Assembly (NCBI GenBank): GCA_964016885.1
Contig: OZ024741.1
Location: forward strand, 184,388,001 to 184,452,000
Length of the DNA: 64,000 bases
Direction: 5' to 3'
Origin: Eledone cirrhosa
Taxonomy: Eukaryota
The translations under genes and the position numbers were made by a program. This document shows, piece by piece, positions 1 through 13,860 of this stretch. The first letter of the stretch is position 1; the number at the start of each line of letters is the position of its first letter. Below the pieces are notes generated by a model. The model was not told the origin of the DNA. It searched no databases and saw nothing but the letters and a program-made list of their open reading frames with translations.

Positions 1-1120
1 AGACGGCGTAGACGTCAGGAACATGTTGCTGCTACAAGGGACACCTTTTGGTCAAAAGTTGGCTTCAACTACAATCCTGCTTATGACTACGCCAATCGCA
101 CGGATATGACTCTTGGAAAAATGGATAAGGTATGTCAGTTCTGTGAGGCTAAGAAGTGGGTAGGTGAGGCTCCAGGTCTTTTCGGTTCCGGGGGCAAGGT
201 TCAACATCCGGCGTTAGCTGATCCTCCTCATTTTCTCCAATATCTTCTCATCGATAACTCTACGCACGGAGTGCACTTTCGCAACAACATTTGAAGGTAC
301 AATGCTTGCTTCGCTATGACATCTTTCGGTGTAATGGATGGCAGAAATAGAAGAACAAGCACTGACGACACTGCTGTCGCCAGTACTTCTCGAAACAACA
401 ACACAAGGCTGAGAGAAAAACTCTACACCTACAAAATGCAAGGCCAGTGTTACCATCTAATGGGAAGCCTTCGACCACAACAAGGGGAGGAACCGAAATT
501 CTTGCAGGTATTCTTCAGGGGCGGGAATGATGAGGAGCTTTCCCACAGATGCAGGAATAATTCTCTTATTGACCGAAACATTATTGCGGAACTTCAAGCC
601 ATGCTCCACACAACCCATCCGTACGTCTGCGAAGTGAAGAGTGCTTTGGATCTTTTGGACTCAAGACCTGAGATGAAATTGGTCATCAGAGCTGACAGAC
701 CTCCTGCTGGTGAGCATCCTGGACGTTTCAACGCTCCAAATACCAATGAGGTAGCAGCGATCATGGTTGATGAAATTCATGGCAAAGGTAACATCATCAT
801 TCAGCACCGCGATAACAGACTGACGTTCGTGGCGGAAACCCATCGGTCCTACGATTGTTTGCAATACCCACTGGCGTTTCCCTACGGCGAGGATGGATAC
901 TATTTGCAGATACATCAAGTTAACCCGACAAGTCTTAATCCTTTGCCAAAAAACGTTTCCAGTATCGTCGCTCCACTTCTCATTGTACGCCGTCCATCCC
1001 CAAGTGCATATTTCTATTTTTTTTCCTGACACTACTTCTTTATAATAAACTTTCAATAATATTTTTCAAATTATTAACTTAATAAAAAGTGGCCCCGGGT
1101 GCAACCGGGCTCAGCTGCTA

Positions 1121-1121
<1 letters not shown>
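1..1121 (+). mobile_element. Helitron, internally deleted 3' part with intact 3' terminus
   Basis: Rep N-terminal coding remnants (106-1029), then hairpin CCCGG-gtgcaa-CCGGG (1094-1109) and terminal CTAG (1118-1121) followed by T of a (TA)n tract; this is the canonical Helitron 3' end. The 5' end lies outside the window. Confidence 0.85.
106..1029 (+). pseudogene. Helitron RepHel N-terminal region, disrupted
   Basis: CQFCEAKKW..E, FRNNI*RYN..FAMTSFG, YTYKMQGQCYHLMGSL, GEHPGRFNAP, ETHRSYDCLQYPLAFPYGEDGY match Helitron-like N-terminal motifs; in-frame stop at 292-294; Rep catalytic and helicase domains absent. Confidence 0.85.
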
Positions 1122-1183
<62 letters not shown>

Positions 1184-1330
1184 CGTATTTAAGAAAGCCA
1201 CAACAATGCAAAGGGAAATCTCGAGGTAGGAAGTGAAATATAGATAGGAAAAACAGGTGAAAGTGAAAATTGAGAGAGACAAAGATGAAAACAAAACAAA
1301 GGTAGAAGGGTTACCGTAGTAGAGATTTAA

Positions 1331-1366
1331 TCCCAATATTTCGGGCTCACGCCCATCAACGGGGGA
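1331..1366 (-). ncRNA. Degenerate minimal type-I hammerhead in PLE pLTR
   Basis: Minus strand tccc-CCGTTGA-tgggcgtgagccc-GAAA-tatt-ggga: stems I and II intact, two core mismatches to CUGAUGA. Confidence 0.5.
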
Positions 1367-1970
1367 AAAGTTCCAAAAGGGGGGAAACAGACCAAGCGGA
1401 GAAAGTTGTGATGTCGTTAAGACAGGAATGCCGTTATGGGGAGAAAAATATTTAAAATTTAAACGAGGGAAAGAATGCGCGTGCGCGTGATAGGCTGTGG
1501 CAAAAGCTACTGACCAAATGGGTTAAATCAAGAGGGTGCGTTAGCGTGTGAAAGCCGTAAGATATGTGTATGTAAATATATATGTGTGTGTAACTGTGTG
1601 TGTATAAGTGTAAGTGTGTATATGTGTGAGTGTGTGTGTGTGTGAAAGATAGTGGGCTGTAGAAGTTGGAAATCAAAGGGTGTGAAAGGTGGTAGGTTGT
1701 AAAATATGTGTGCGTGTATAAATATAGATGTGTGTGTGTAAGCGTATGGGTATACATGTGTGTGTAACTGTGTGTGTATATGTGTGAGTGCGTTTGTGTG
1801 TGAAAGATAGTGGGCTATAGAAGCTGGAAATCAAAGGGTGTGAAAGGTGGTAGGTTGTAAAAACATGTGTGCGTGTATAAATATAGATGTGTGTGTGTAT
1901 GCGTATGGGTATGCATATACGTGCGTGTGTGTGAAGATAGCAGGCCGTAGGCTGTGAATGGTCATTATGG

Positions 1971-2588
1971 TTAAGTTAGCCATGTCAGCTCATTTCTCTC
2001 AGCCCGGTTGTTAAGTGGGGGTCTGAGGTTCTTAATAACAAGTGCTTCCTTTATCCTTAAGGATCCGATGCTGCGTTCAGTCGCTAGGACTGTGACCAAG
2101 GGTCTACCCTGTGGGTTTCCGCATTTAAGGATATGTTTACGGAAGGAAGATGCGTTGGTGTTGATATGTTCCTTGATACGAACATGTAGGGGTCGGATGG
2201 TGCTACCTATGTAAAACTTGTTACATTTATCGCATTGAATCTTATATACGACATAGGTGCGTAGGCAATCTGCCCCCCGTATCGGGCAGTTGCTGAGGGA
2301 ACACGTCCCATCTGCCTCGTAGGGTTTGTTGGAGAGGCATCTTCGCAGCGAAGGTCCTGTGTGGGCCAAATGTATGTCAAGTCCCTCCGTACGTATGGCC
2401 CTGCGGATGGCGTTCGTGGTATATTCACTCAGGTGGGGGATTTTAAAGAAGCACCTGCTAATATTAAGTTTTCTAGTGGGTGTCAGTCTACTGGGTCTGG
2501 GGTCTCTAATTCTGTTAATCAGTCGCTTGGGATAACCATTAGATCTGAGTAGATTACGGAATTGTGTGGTATGGGTGAGACCACCCAT
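1971..2588 (-). pseudogene. PLE C-terminal GIY-YIG endonuclease fragment
   Basis: VVY...YIG...R..EH GIY-YIG motif with CxxC, typical of Penelope-like elements; no RT core upstream. Confidence 0.85.
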
Positions 2589-2642
2589 CGGGTCGCTGCA
2601 TCTGTTAGTGATCCGTGTCAGTTCATATATATATATATATAT

Positions 2643-2747
2643 ACAGGGTGTCCGCCATAAGTGTATTCACACTTTGATTACCTGTACAGGTAATATTTAT
2701 TAGAATGCACAGCCTTTGTGTATACATTTTTAGAGACACCTTCTGTA
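2643..2747. mobile_element. Tc1/mariner-like TIR remnant or mini-MITE
   Basis: Starts TA-CAGGGTGTCC, with an imperfect inverted end at 2716-2747; a related inverted TIR-like sequence lies at about 7140-7204. Confidence 0.4.
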
Positions 2748-3304
2748 TATAAGATGAGTTGAAATTAATGCATGTAAGATTTCACAGCTCTAGCATTACT
2801 CCTTCATAGTTAGCCAATGCACGTTTCAGTTCACCCTCGTATATGTGGATACCAATAGTAGTTTGAAAGTTAAACAAAGTAAAATTTAAATGAAACATTC
2901 TTACAGAAACTGGTAGATTCCTTCTCAGCTAAATACTTATATCCCGGCGCGATTGACTAATAGAATTCCATTTAAAGTAAAGTTTGTTGTTGGTCTTGCT
3001 TGGGGGATCTAACCGGATCAATTAGAGACGGTTGCTTCTGAAAGGACTCGCCCGCTGGAAGGCGTGTTTGAGGAATCTGTTCAAACGACTATCGCAGGAA
3101 TAAATGGACAAAGAAGAAAGAGGGGGGAAAGAAGACAAGATATGTAAACCACATTCATGTGTCAGTATTCAGTGTTCACGTCTCAGTGTTTGTGAAACTT
3201 GCTTTAGTTGTTTTTAAGTTCGTGAAGAGAGCAAATGTTTACATTGCGTAACTCAAAATAAACTGTAAAATTGAGATCCCGTGGTGTTGGTAATAAGCTG
3301 CATA

Positions 3305-3476
3305 GCTCTGCTATAGCTTGTGATCGACAGCTTTTCTCTAGTGGCTATAGTTAGCTGGTGGTCAACAGCTGTTCTATAGTGGCTATAGTTAGCTTGTGGT
3401 CAACAGCTGTATTATAGTGGTTATAGTTAGCTTGTAGTCAACAGCTGTTCTGTTGTGGCTATAGTTTGCTTGTGGT
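3305..3476. repeat. 38-bp minisatellite (about 4 copies)
   Basis: Unit atagtggctatagttagcttgtggtcaacagctgttct repeated with substitutions. Confidence 0.8.
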
Positions 3477-3477
3477 G

Positions 3478-4043
3478 TAAGACGGATCTGACTATCAGCT
3501 GAGTCCATCATGAAGATTGCCACGCCACCCTTCTTTAACCAAAAAGGGCAGGCACTTTTATTTGCCTGGTGGCTATAGTAAAAGAGGTCGTATGGTGGAC
3601 GCGTCTGAAAGTGTTGAAGACAGGCACTTTCCTCTTCAGCGACGCTCTCATCAACTTTTTCACCTGAAAAGGTAAGTCAGGTCGGAAAGGGAAGTGGTGG
3701 TTAACAGCCAGTTTATTGAAGGTGGGTGAGAGAGGCGAGAATGGCCCGTATGAATGGGCCTACTCTGAGCGTGTGCCCTAATATTAAAGGAGGGCAACTG
3801 GGAGAGGCACTTGCCCTAGCGGTTCGGGTGATTGTGGCGTTTGTGGAATTTCTCCACGAGAAACCCCTGGAGTCTTCACACCTTTGGGTAATTTGTTATG
3901 CTTGTTTTTTGTTAATGTTTATTTTCGTAATCTCCGTTATAAATTCTGTTTTACACAAAGATTCTACACTGTATCGTCCTGAACCGTCTTTAATATCTCC
4001 TTAATTTGAACCCTCTGTGGCTAATAAAGAAAGCATTATTATC
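3478..4043 (+). mobile_element. 3' fragment of a Tx1/L1-type LINE
   Basis: Homologous to about 31180-31777 (GQA.FICLVA..KE.VWWTRLK..KT.TFLF) and ends in the same tgtggc.aataaagaaa.cattattat tail. Confidence 0.75.
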
Positions 4044-4044
4044 A

Positions 4045-4265
4045 TTGGCAGTATCGATGGATGGTCGGATGCCAAGCTTTGAAGCATGGAGTTACGGCCC
4101 TTTATTATTTAAGTTCAAATCCCCAACGTGGTTAACTTTGCTTTTCATCCTTACGGTGTCGATGAAATAAAGTACCAGTCACGCACTGGAGTCGATTTAA
4201 TCGACTTTCCCCTTCCCCAAAATTGCTGGTCTTGTGCCTATACCTATATAAGAAAACATTATTTT
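4045..4265 (+). mobile_element. tRNA-derived SINE (family S)
   Basis: Head ttggcagtatcg, B-box gttcaaatcc, core gctttcatccttacgg..tcgatgaaataaagtaccagt, ATT tail; inserted in the LINE tail. Confidence 0.85.
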
Positions 4266-4282
4266 TGTTATTACACACACAC

Positions 4283-4388
<106 letters not shown>

Positions 4389-4432
4389 AAGTTAAATAAA
4401 AGTCAAATGATTAAAATTTAGCTTCATTTATT

Positions 4433-4487
4433 ACTGCTATATATATTTCAGTGACAGCCATCTTTGGCTGTGACCTCTTCAGGCAGT
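4433..4487 (-). ncRNA. Type-I hammerhead ribozyme (family A)
   Basis: actgc-CTGAAGA-ggtcacagccaaagatggctgtcact-GAAA-tatatata-gcagt on the minus strand. Confidence 0.8.
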
Positions 4488-5254
4488 TTGAATTAGTATG
4501 GTATAGACACAAGTACATATGTTATTTAGGTGTATGATATTGTCAATACTCTGATATGCCCAGTTCCTTGTTGGGTTGTTAATTCACTGGGGAACTGGAG
4601 TCATATGAATTCAAACAAACGAATTTTCGTGTCACAGGTCCCCTTCTCCTCTCATCGGTCAGTTATTAGAACATTCCTCATTCTATGTGTTGTTATTGTT
4701 GGAGTTAGCTTAAAAATTGATAAAATGGTAGAAGGGACAAGGTGTTAAAGGAACAAAATAACAAAAAAAGTGTCAAACTTCCCATTGTTCAGTTCTTGCA
4801 GCAGCAAGATATAAGCTGACCACTACAACAACAACAGTACCAAAATAATGGTGGAGGTCAAATGTACTGAACAATAGCAGGCAAAAACACTACAGGGAGC
4901 CTCACCCCAGAATGAATTCGATAGACTTCTGACTGAGGAATGCTCTCAGAACTGAACAATGGGAAGTTTGACACTTTTTTTGTTATTTTGTTCCTTTAAC
5001 ACCTTGTCCCTTCTACCATTTTATCAATTTTTAAGCTAACTCCAACAATAACAACACTTAGAATGAGGAATGTTCTAATAACTGACCAATGAGAGGAGAA
5101 GGGGACATGTGACACGAAAATTCGTTTGTTTGAATTCATATGACTCCAGTTCCCCAGTGAATTAACAACCCAACAAGGAACTGGGAATATCAGAGTATTG
5201 ACAATATCATACACCTAAATAACATATGTACTTGTCTATACCATACTAATTCAA

Positions 5255-5309
5255 ACTGCCTGAAGAGGTCACAGCCAAAGATGGCTGTCACTGAAATATA
5301 TATAGCAGT
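5255..5309 (+). ncRNA. Type-I hammerhead ribozyme (family A)
   Basis: Stem I actgc/gcagt, core CTGAAGA 5260-5266, stem II hairpin, GAAA 5293-5296, palindromic TATATA stem III. Confidence 0.8.
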
Positions 5310-5455
5310 AATAAACGAAGCTAAATTTTAATCATTTGACTTTTATTTAACTTTACTTTACACTACTCCGGAGTAACCAAACCAACCTGCGCACTTCGCC
5401 GAGTGCTCCAGCCTGCATACTGAGGTGTTGGTATACAACCAACATAAACTCAAAA

Positions 5456-5492
<37 letters not shown>

Positions 5493-5552
5493 TCCCCATT
5501 TCCTTAACATGTTCAACATCACCAACATTTTACACCAATACAAATTCCCCCT

Positions 5553-5771
5553 TTGATAATGCATAAAATGCTGAAACTGGTAATAGATAATTATTAAATA
5601 AATAAATAAATAAATGCCATTGTTAATTAATAAATAAATTAACTAATACCTTAACACTTCACACAAAGTAAAATATTTTGTTTTAAACATTTTCTGACCC
5701 AGAAAAAAGAGAAAAAAATAAAAGACGAAAAAATATTTTTTTCTTCCTAATAATCGTCTTTTTCTCCCTAT

Positions 5772-5777
<6 letters not shown>
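5553..5777 (+). mobile_element. Solo pLTR fragment of the PLE family at 38372-43153
   Basis: Colinear with 38372-38606 and 42921-43153, including TTGATAA-tgcat..atgc.-GAAA and the tttctccct.ttttca(TA)n end. Confidence 0.8.
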
Positions 5778-5824
<47 letters not shown>

Positions 5825-5998
5825 GATCATTTTCTTTTTATTTCCCACTAGGGCATCAAAAAGTGGGACAAGTACAATGGGGGGAGTTTACATAACAAGG
5901 TGTCCTCAATAAGGAGGAGGCAATAACAATGTATAAAAATAAAATAAAATATAACAAAATAGATTTTATAACAAAATCCTCAATAGGGATATATATTA

Positions 5999-6913
5999 TA
6001 TACCAAAGTAAGGATAGAGCTACCAGGTTGAGAAAAATACACCTGGACAAATCAAACGATTATACGTTTAAAGTATTTAATTGAATCCGAAATCAAATAT
6101 CAGACTTACGTGACTGGCAAGCTCCAGGTATTTATGATCGAACAGAGGATTCAGTTTATCAACAGGTTTTCGTTCTCACCATGGACGAGGTAATAGGCTA
6201 AATGTTGCTGCTGTATCGCGGCGTATCGTATCTATAGCTGTCACGTGTTAATTCCAGCAAGGGAAATAACCCCCGGCTTTTGGCGTGTCATTCAAAATGT
6301 TAGACAAAGGAAATATTTTAATTTCCGCTAATCATCAGAATAAGCTCTCAACCAGATGTTATAAAACAAACATAAATAATTAACCAATCAACAGAATTGT
6401 CTAATTAAATTAATTAGATAATTATTAAATCTAGGAGAATAATATAATTGGATATTTAGTAAAATCGCGTCTCTGGCGGTTTGGGAGCAAATTCGGCCTG
6501 CTTATGAGGTGATGAGTTAGCAAAGTACTCGATAAGTTAGGTCCTTAGAGTAATAACATACGTTTAAATAGCTTGACAAATCTAACATTGTGGTAGGCAA
6601 AATCTAACCCACAATAATATACCAAAGTAACGATAGAACTAACAGGTTGAGAAAAATACACCTGGACAAATCAAACGATTATACGTTTAAAGTGTTTCTT
6701 TGAATCCGAAATCAAATATCAGACTTACGTCACTGGCAAGCTCCAGGAATTTATGATCGAACAGAGGTGATACCATGGACGAGGTGATAGGTTAAATGTT
6801 GCTGCTGCGTCGCGGCATATCGTATCTATAGCTGTCACGTGTTAATTCCAGCAAGGGAAATAACCCCCGGTTTTTGGCGGGTCATTCAAAATGTTAGACA
6901 AGGAAATATTTTA
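5999..6913. repeat. Direct repeat pair of about 300 bp (5999-6320 and 6618-6913)
   Basis: Near-identical blocks about 620 bp apart inside a (TA)n-bounded segment; unknown element, partial-tandem layout like PLE insertions. Confidence 0.75.
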
Positions 6914-6986
6914 GATTTGTCAAGCTATATATATATATATAATGACGAGACATAAGTCAATTGCATGAACTCATAATCCTTTATTT

Positions 6987-7042
6987 ACGGCTATATATAT
7001 TTCGATGATAGCCATTGAATGGCTATGACCTCATCAGGCAGT
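6987..7042 (-). ncRNA. Type-I hammerhead ribozyme (family A relative)
   Basis: actgc-CTGATGA-ggtcatagccattcaatggctatcatc-GAAA-tatatata-gccgt; canonical core, one stem I mismatch. Confidence 0.75.
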
Positions 7043-7199
7043 TAGTTAGTTCTTAGATATGCCAGCTCTGTGTTTATAGTGTTGATGGTATCAGAGCCTT
7101 GGGACATGTTTATCAACAGTATATATATATATTCTAACAGCTTTCTAAGAAATATTTCCTGTACATGTAATCAAATTGCGCATACGTTTTTGGGACACC

Positions 7200-7253
<54 letters not shown>

Positions 7254-7436
7254 CAACAATAAGAAGTCACATTTGTAGCTTGTTATGAAACGTTATTGCA
7301 TATTACAACTGTTTCCATATAGATCAGATCGGGTTTGTTCGAGCCATCGGTTCCTGACTCTTAATCGATATCCCTTAAGATATGCGAGTTTAAATGTCTA
7401 TATTTACATATATACACACACACACACATACACACA

Positions 7437-7470
<34 letters not shown>

Positions 7471-7539
7471 TTTACAAAAACATATATGATTGCGTACCTA
7501 GACACATACATATATAAACACATACATACATATATATAT

Positions 7540-7665
<126 letters not shown>

Positions 7666-7802
7666 GTATAGGATTATCCTAGATGTAGGAATGGTTAATT
7701 ACTACACTGGATATGGTTGACGTACGGTGAGAGGTTACTCTACGAGTTATGGAAGAATTGTTGAAGAAACTTAGTTCCTGATCCTTATGTATTCCGGAGT
7801 GT

Positions 7803-8420
<618 letters not shown>

Positions 8421-8734
8421 CTATGTATCTATGTAAATATAGACACTTATTTATTATGTATGTGTTGTATGATTGTATATTATAACATAGTACTTAACGT
8501 GTTATCTCTTTGTCATACGTCATCTTACGTTAAATCTGCTTCAGTGCGTATGTGAAGGATTCAGCATACATATGTACATATATGTACATCGACATGCGTA
8601 TATCTATAACTATTCAGATGTGTATGTAAACATGTATGTATGTACAGCTTTATGTATATGTCTAGGTAAGCAGTTACATATGCTTGTATGTACGTATTTA
8701 TGAATAAATGTATACAAATACACGCGCGCGCACG

Positions 8735-8821
<87 letters not shown>

Positions 8822-9956
8822 ACACACGCACACACACACACATATATATATATATATTGCAAAAATATTGGTGTAATTCAATACAAAGAATTCAACGTGC
8901 ATTTTGCACAGAGGAGTGACTATATATATATATATATATAGAATGATATACGTATACATTTGTGTATGCAAGTTTGTAGATATAACTATATATCTATTCA
9001 AGTATATAAATATATGTGTATATCTGTGTATGTATTTATGCTTGTATGTATGTAAGTATGTATGTATGTATGTATTTAGGTCGGTAGGTTGGTAGGTTGA
9101 TAGGTATACAAGTACGTACGCATGTAAGTATGTATATATATATATTGGCATTTGTGTACATATGTATATAGATAACGCTGTGTATATGTATAACAGCTTT
9201 GTCTATAATTTCACCCATTGTATATCCTCCACCGTGTTATATTATATCTCTCGATGAAAATCCTCTCGAAGTGCTAAAGATATTTAATCTTCTATTGTGG
9301 ATAAGAAAAAGCGGGATCGATTTTCAGAACAAACGTACCAAACACTTACTCTTAATTCTTCAGAATTCCCTTGGTTATTTTCATTTACTTTTTTTTACTT
9401 TGTTATTATTTATTTATTTATTTATTTATCGATTTTCCAAAGAAAAAAGCCATTAACATCACCTAAATAGCATTAGAGTTTTCGTATCGAGAATCTAATC
9501 ATGCGCGAACCGCTGCAAACGTGATATGAGGTTGTAATTATTTATGGTAATGTTCGCAAAGGGACACACTACAGCTAGACATACATATACAGAGAATGAG
9601 GCGCACAAAGACATATGCTTATATATGTTCACATGTGTACATAAAGTCATGCTTGCACATTCGTACACTGACATACGTACACCTATAGGCATAGATATAA
9701 ACAGCTATGTACATACATACTGTGTGCTGGAATGATTTCTTAATCACAATCACACATACATTTACATACATGCATTAACACACACACAGACACACACACG
9801 CACGCACACACACACAAATACAGCAAATGCAGACACATACGCATACGTAAACGCACATGCACACGCACACACATACATATTTATATTTACACATATACAT
9901 TCACAAACACTCGCACATACACACAAACACACACAAATACACTCACACACCACACA

Positions 9957-10530
9957 CAGAGTGACTGAAAAACTGGCCCCATATTTATAGTTGTCTACAG
10001 TATTTATTTCTTGACAAAAACTGATTCACCTCTGAATATATTTTGTACAAACCATTAACAATAATATATCAAAACTTCATTATTTTCTGATGTTTCTGTC
10101 TAGAGTTACAGCACATATTCCAAGTGATCTCCATTTGAATTCGTCCATTCTCTGAAGCAGTGAAATAGTGAAATTTAGTATAACGTCTTTGCAAATAGAC
10201 CTAGGGATGGTTCTGATCTCCTCTCTGATGTTTTCCTTTAGTTCAGTGAGTGTCAGGTTTGTTAACACATACGTGATTCTTCAGATATCCCCAAGAAAGG
10301 AATCGGGGAGCTTAAATCAGGGCTGTATGTGGCTCACTCAAAATCAGTCCTGAAACTGATCACACGAATTTAAAGTTATTTTTCAGCCATTCTCACGACT
10401 CATTCGAGGTGTGATGGCTTGTTCTGTCTTTCTTGAACCAGGGCGTATTAATTACAGGTCGGTCTGTGGAGCCTATCTTTTTAAGATGTTATGATCATTA
10501 GCATTGAGAGGTACAAATTATCCAATTTTA
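9957..10530 (-). mobile_element. Decayed Tc1/mariner (DD37D/maT-like) transposase 3' end
   Basis: Frameshifted minus-strand remnants resembling WFQQDG..HT, SPDL..DFFLWGYLK..VY.NKP.TL.ELKENIREEI...G.HLE; CAG.GTG TIR-like end at about 9957. Confidence 0.6.
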
Positions 10531-11234
10531 TAGTATTTTGAAGCTTCTGTTTATCTTTGCAAATAAATCCAACTTTAATAAAAGCTATAGTATACCTTTC
10601 ATATGGGATGCCACATGTCAGGAAACATTCTCCAGCGGTAATCTAGTGCAGTCTGTGACTAACCCAGGCTCTGCTGCATTTCGAGCTGAGGAGGGTATAA
10701 TAACAAGAAATATTAAAATGAACTATAATATCTGTGTGGACCATGTACATATTAACACTAGAAATAGCTATGTTAATGATAAATAACTGGATTTAATAAC
10801 ATTTCTGGCTGGTATAGGGATGTAATATTGTATTGTAGAGGGAACGAAGTCTTCCCTACGATTCATTTCCATAAAACAGTCGACACTTTCCTTCGTCAAT
10901 ATCTCACAAGTCACTTGAATCATCTAATCATGTATTATGTGTTACTACAACTGCTGGATAAATCTAAATTGAGTAAGACCGTGAGGAAAAATGTTACTAG
11001 CACGTTATGCATTATTGTGTCTCCCATACACTTGAGAACAATGCCAAAATTTGAAAAAGGGTTTGTTTCTCTTGGAGTCGTAACTGAAAAATCAAGTCTC
11101 ATTTCAAACATTATGGTTTTATAATGTAAAAGGTATCTATGAAATACATGAAGAACATAAGATAGTGTAAAGCTCTTAAAAACGCCAAAATGCGACGGAA
11201 AATGTTGTTTATTATATGGCATAGTTGAAGAGAA

Positions 11235-11575
11235 GATGCGGTGGTAAAACCTTTCATATGGGATGCCACTTGTCAGGACACATTCTCCAGCGGCAATCTA
11301 ATGCAGTCTGTGACTAACCCAGGCTCTGCTGCATTTCGAGCTGAGGAGGGTAAATCTCAAAATATAGGTCGCTCTCCGACAGGTTTGCGGTCGAGCGCAT
11401 ATCAGAGGAGGCTGCTGGAGTCCTTGGTCCTAGAATCACCTCCCTACTCACCACCGTTTGTACAGAGTTGATTACCCGGAGGTGTGAGTCTCACGAGCTG
11501 GAATTGCTCTTCCACCGCTTCTCCCTCACCATTCTCCGGGGAAACCCATTCACTATTGTGTCCGCCGGAGCGGCT
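11235..11575 (+). mobile_element. CRE-like non-LTR retrotransposon restriction-like endonuclease fragment
   Basis: GKPFIWDATCQDTFS...GSAAFRAEEGK, frameshift to KYRSLSDRF..E..GVLG, then RFSLTILRGN; first about 100 bp duplicated at 10595-10696. Confidence 0.7.
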
Positions 11576-12042
11576 CATCGGCCAGCGCGTGGAACCCATT
11601 TTCTCATAGTAGTGAGAGATGGGGTGATCGTGAGAAACAGCGGCAGTGACAGTGGTAGTTTAGTTCCATGGTGTATATGTATATATTTATTTACCACCCC
11701 ACATTAACTGTATATTTGAAAGTGTTTTAATTCACTATTTGGATTTGATATTCTTTTTCTCAAGACTTGCAAACATATATAACATACATATATAGACGTT
11801 AGATATAAAATAAAGAGAAGCCTGAAAATATCTTCATAAATGTGTGTTGTTAAGTTTCTCTGTCACCAAGTTTGAAAGCCTCAGTTGAACCATGGAACTT
11901 TAAGGAGCCATCCTATTGCAACTGTTTCTCCTGTTTGGCGATAACTTTCTTCATTCCTCTCACCATTCTTGGAGACTTCGAAAAGTCTACCCAATTAACT
12001 ATGACCATCTAATGTGGTGGCATAATGTTCTCACTAAATAAT

Positions 12043-12225
12043 TGTTTCTACTTTAGGCACAAGGCCAGTAATTACCTGAGTGCATTACTGGTACTTCATT
12101 TTATCGACCCCGTAAGGATGAAAGGCAAAGTTAACCTCGGCGGGATTTGAACTCAGATCATACAGCGAGATAACTCTATGCTTCAAAGCATGGCGTCCGA
12201 CCCTCTACCGATACTGCCAACCACC
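12043..12225 (-). mobile_element. SINE (family S) with TSD aaataat
   Basis: Full SINE body; aaataat at 12036-12042 and 12226-12232. Confidence 0.9.
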
Positions 12226-13286
12226 AAATAATGCCGGTTACACATCCATGAGTGTGTGTGTGTGCATTTCATCAGAAAATGATGCTCAATATAACGTGGA
12301 AAGTCCGAATAGCGGCTCAGAAAGCAACAGCTACATATATCAAGTAATCGTACAATACAACATGTGTTTAGTACATTTCTCTCCTCCGCGAATCAGACAA
12401 TGAGTATATATATATATATATATGGATATACGTATTGTATATCTAATAATATATTTGTTTTCGTAAAAAAATCTTTACGTAGTGACTGACGTCACATACT
12501 TAGCTTCCGCAAAACCAGGGGGAGGTAATCAAACGGCTACCGTTTCTTATTAGTGGTTATCAAGAGTACATATCCCCCCGCTTTTGCTGAAGCTTTCGAA
12601 GCTGGATTTTTATGGAATTCCGATTATGTTTACCAGCTGTTGAAACTCATTTTCATCAGAACGGCCCAGCATTAATTAGAAATTTGTATTGCTGCTCTGA
12701 AATAGCGATATTCATATGAATGAGCGTATTGTATATTTAATAATATGGTGTATATTTATTTAAAAGCAAGAGAGGGGAGCAGGAGTCATATATATACTCC
12801 CCAAAAAACTAATCCATATGCACTAATTTTAAGCAGTATCTCCCCACGAATACTAAGAAGTTCTACATGAATTGGGAGTAGCTATTATCGGGACAAGTAT
12901 GTTCAACATTAAACTAAAACGTTTATGTACACATGAATTGACAATACAAATATATACCTGACTGTAAAGTCGTACGTATGAAATACATTTGTATATGTAA
13001 CAATTTGAGAAGCTTAATTCATGCTGTGTTCAGCAAATGACAAATAATAGAAGTCATTTTTAACCCCTGCCCTGTACTGAAATTTTGTTGATATTTTAAA
13101 ATTACGTATTCAGAGCATTGACTAGAAATATATATTGAAATAAAATTTATAAATATTTCTTTTAGCATACATTACAGTATAGGCAGAAATACAGATACAC
13201 ATTTGTATATGTGTGTGCTCAAATATATCATATGTGTATGTATACACACACACACATATATATATATATACATATATGTATGTATG

Positions 13287-13375
<89 letters not shown>

Positions 13376-13802
13376 TATTATATATATATATTATTATATA
13401 TATATAAAAATATATATGTATGTATATATATATATACATATATATATACTTAATTTCAGCGCTACCTATAGAGATATGCATACATATTAATAAGTATATG
13501 TGTGTATGTGATTGAACACTAAAATTGCAAATATATTTAAAAATTCACGATATATACCATACTGGTTGAAACACAAATCTTCAATTAATATCCATTAATT
13601 ATTTGATTTTCCAGCGAGAAAACATTGTTTCTTGGTTGGAGACCATCTTGCATTATTAAATAGATTTTCAGAATAATATTTACCTGGTATATACATAAGT
13701 GAATCATCGATATTAGACACTATAACGCCTATTGCGAATCATTCTTGGTGATTCTAATGGTATATTTTAATAGGAAGTGAAAAGTCAAATTTCGAACAAA
13801 CG

Positions 13803-13833
<31 letters not shown>

Positions 13834-13860
13834 GCAACACACACACACACACACATATAT

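Larger units (their letters stand above)
1158..2625 (-). mobile_element. 5'-truncated Penelope-like element (thumb + GIY-YIG + 3' pLTR)
   Basis: ORF 1971-2588 has NGYP, C..C linker and VVYKIQCDKCNKFYIGSTIRPLHVRIKEH...IKEAL...PPLN; bounded by (TA)n on both sides; decayed HHR near the 3' end. Confidence 0.85.

Noticed and set aside
4530-5214. Paired 72-aa ORFs on opposite strands
   Set aside because: By-product of the inverted repeat; the frame is not conserved in the 17482 copy.
12525-12569. Minus-strand TTGATAA...GAAAcggtagccgtt HHR-like motif
   Set aside because: Stem III is good but stem II does not pair; left out of the count, though it may be a further decayed U3-A8 copy.
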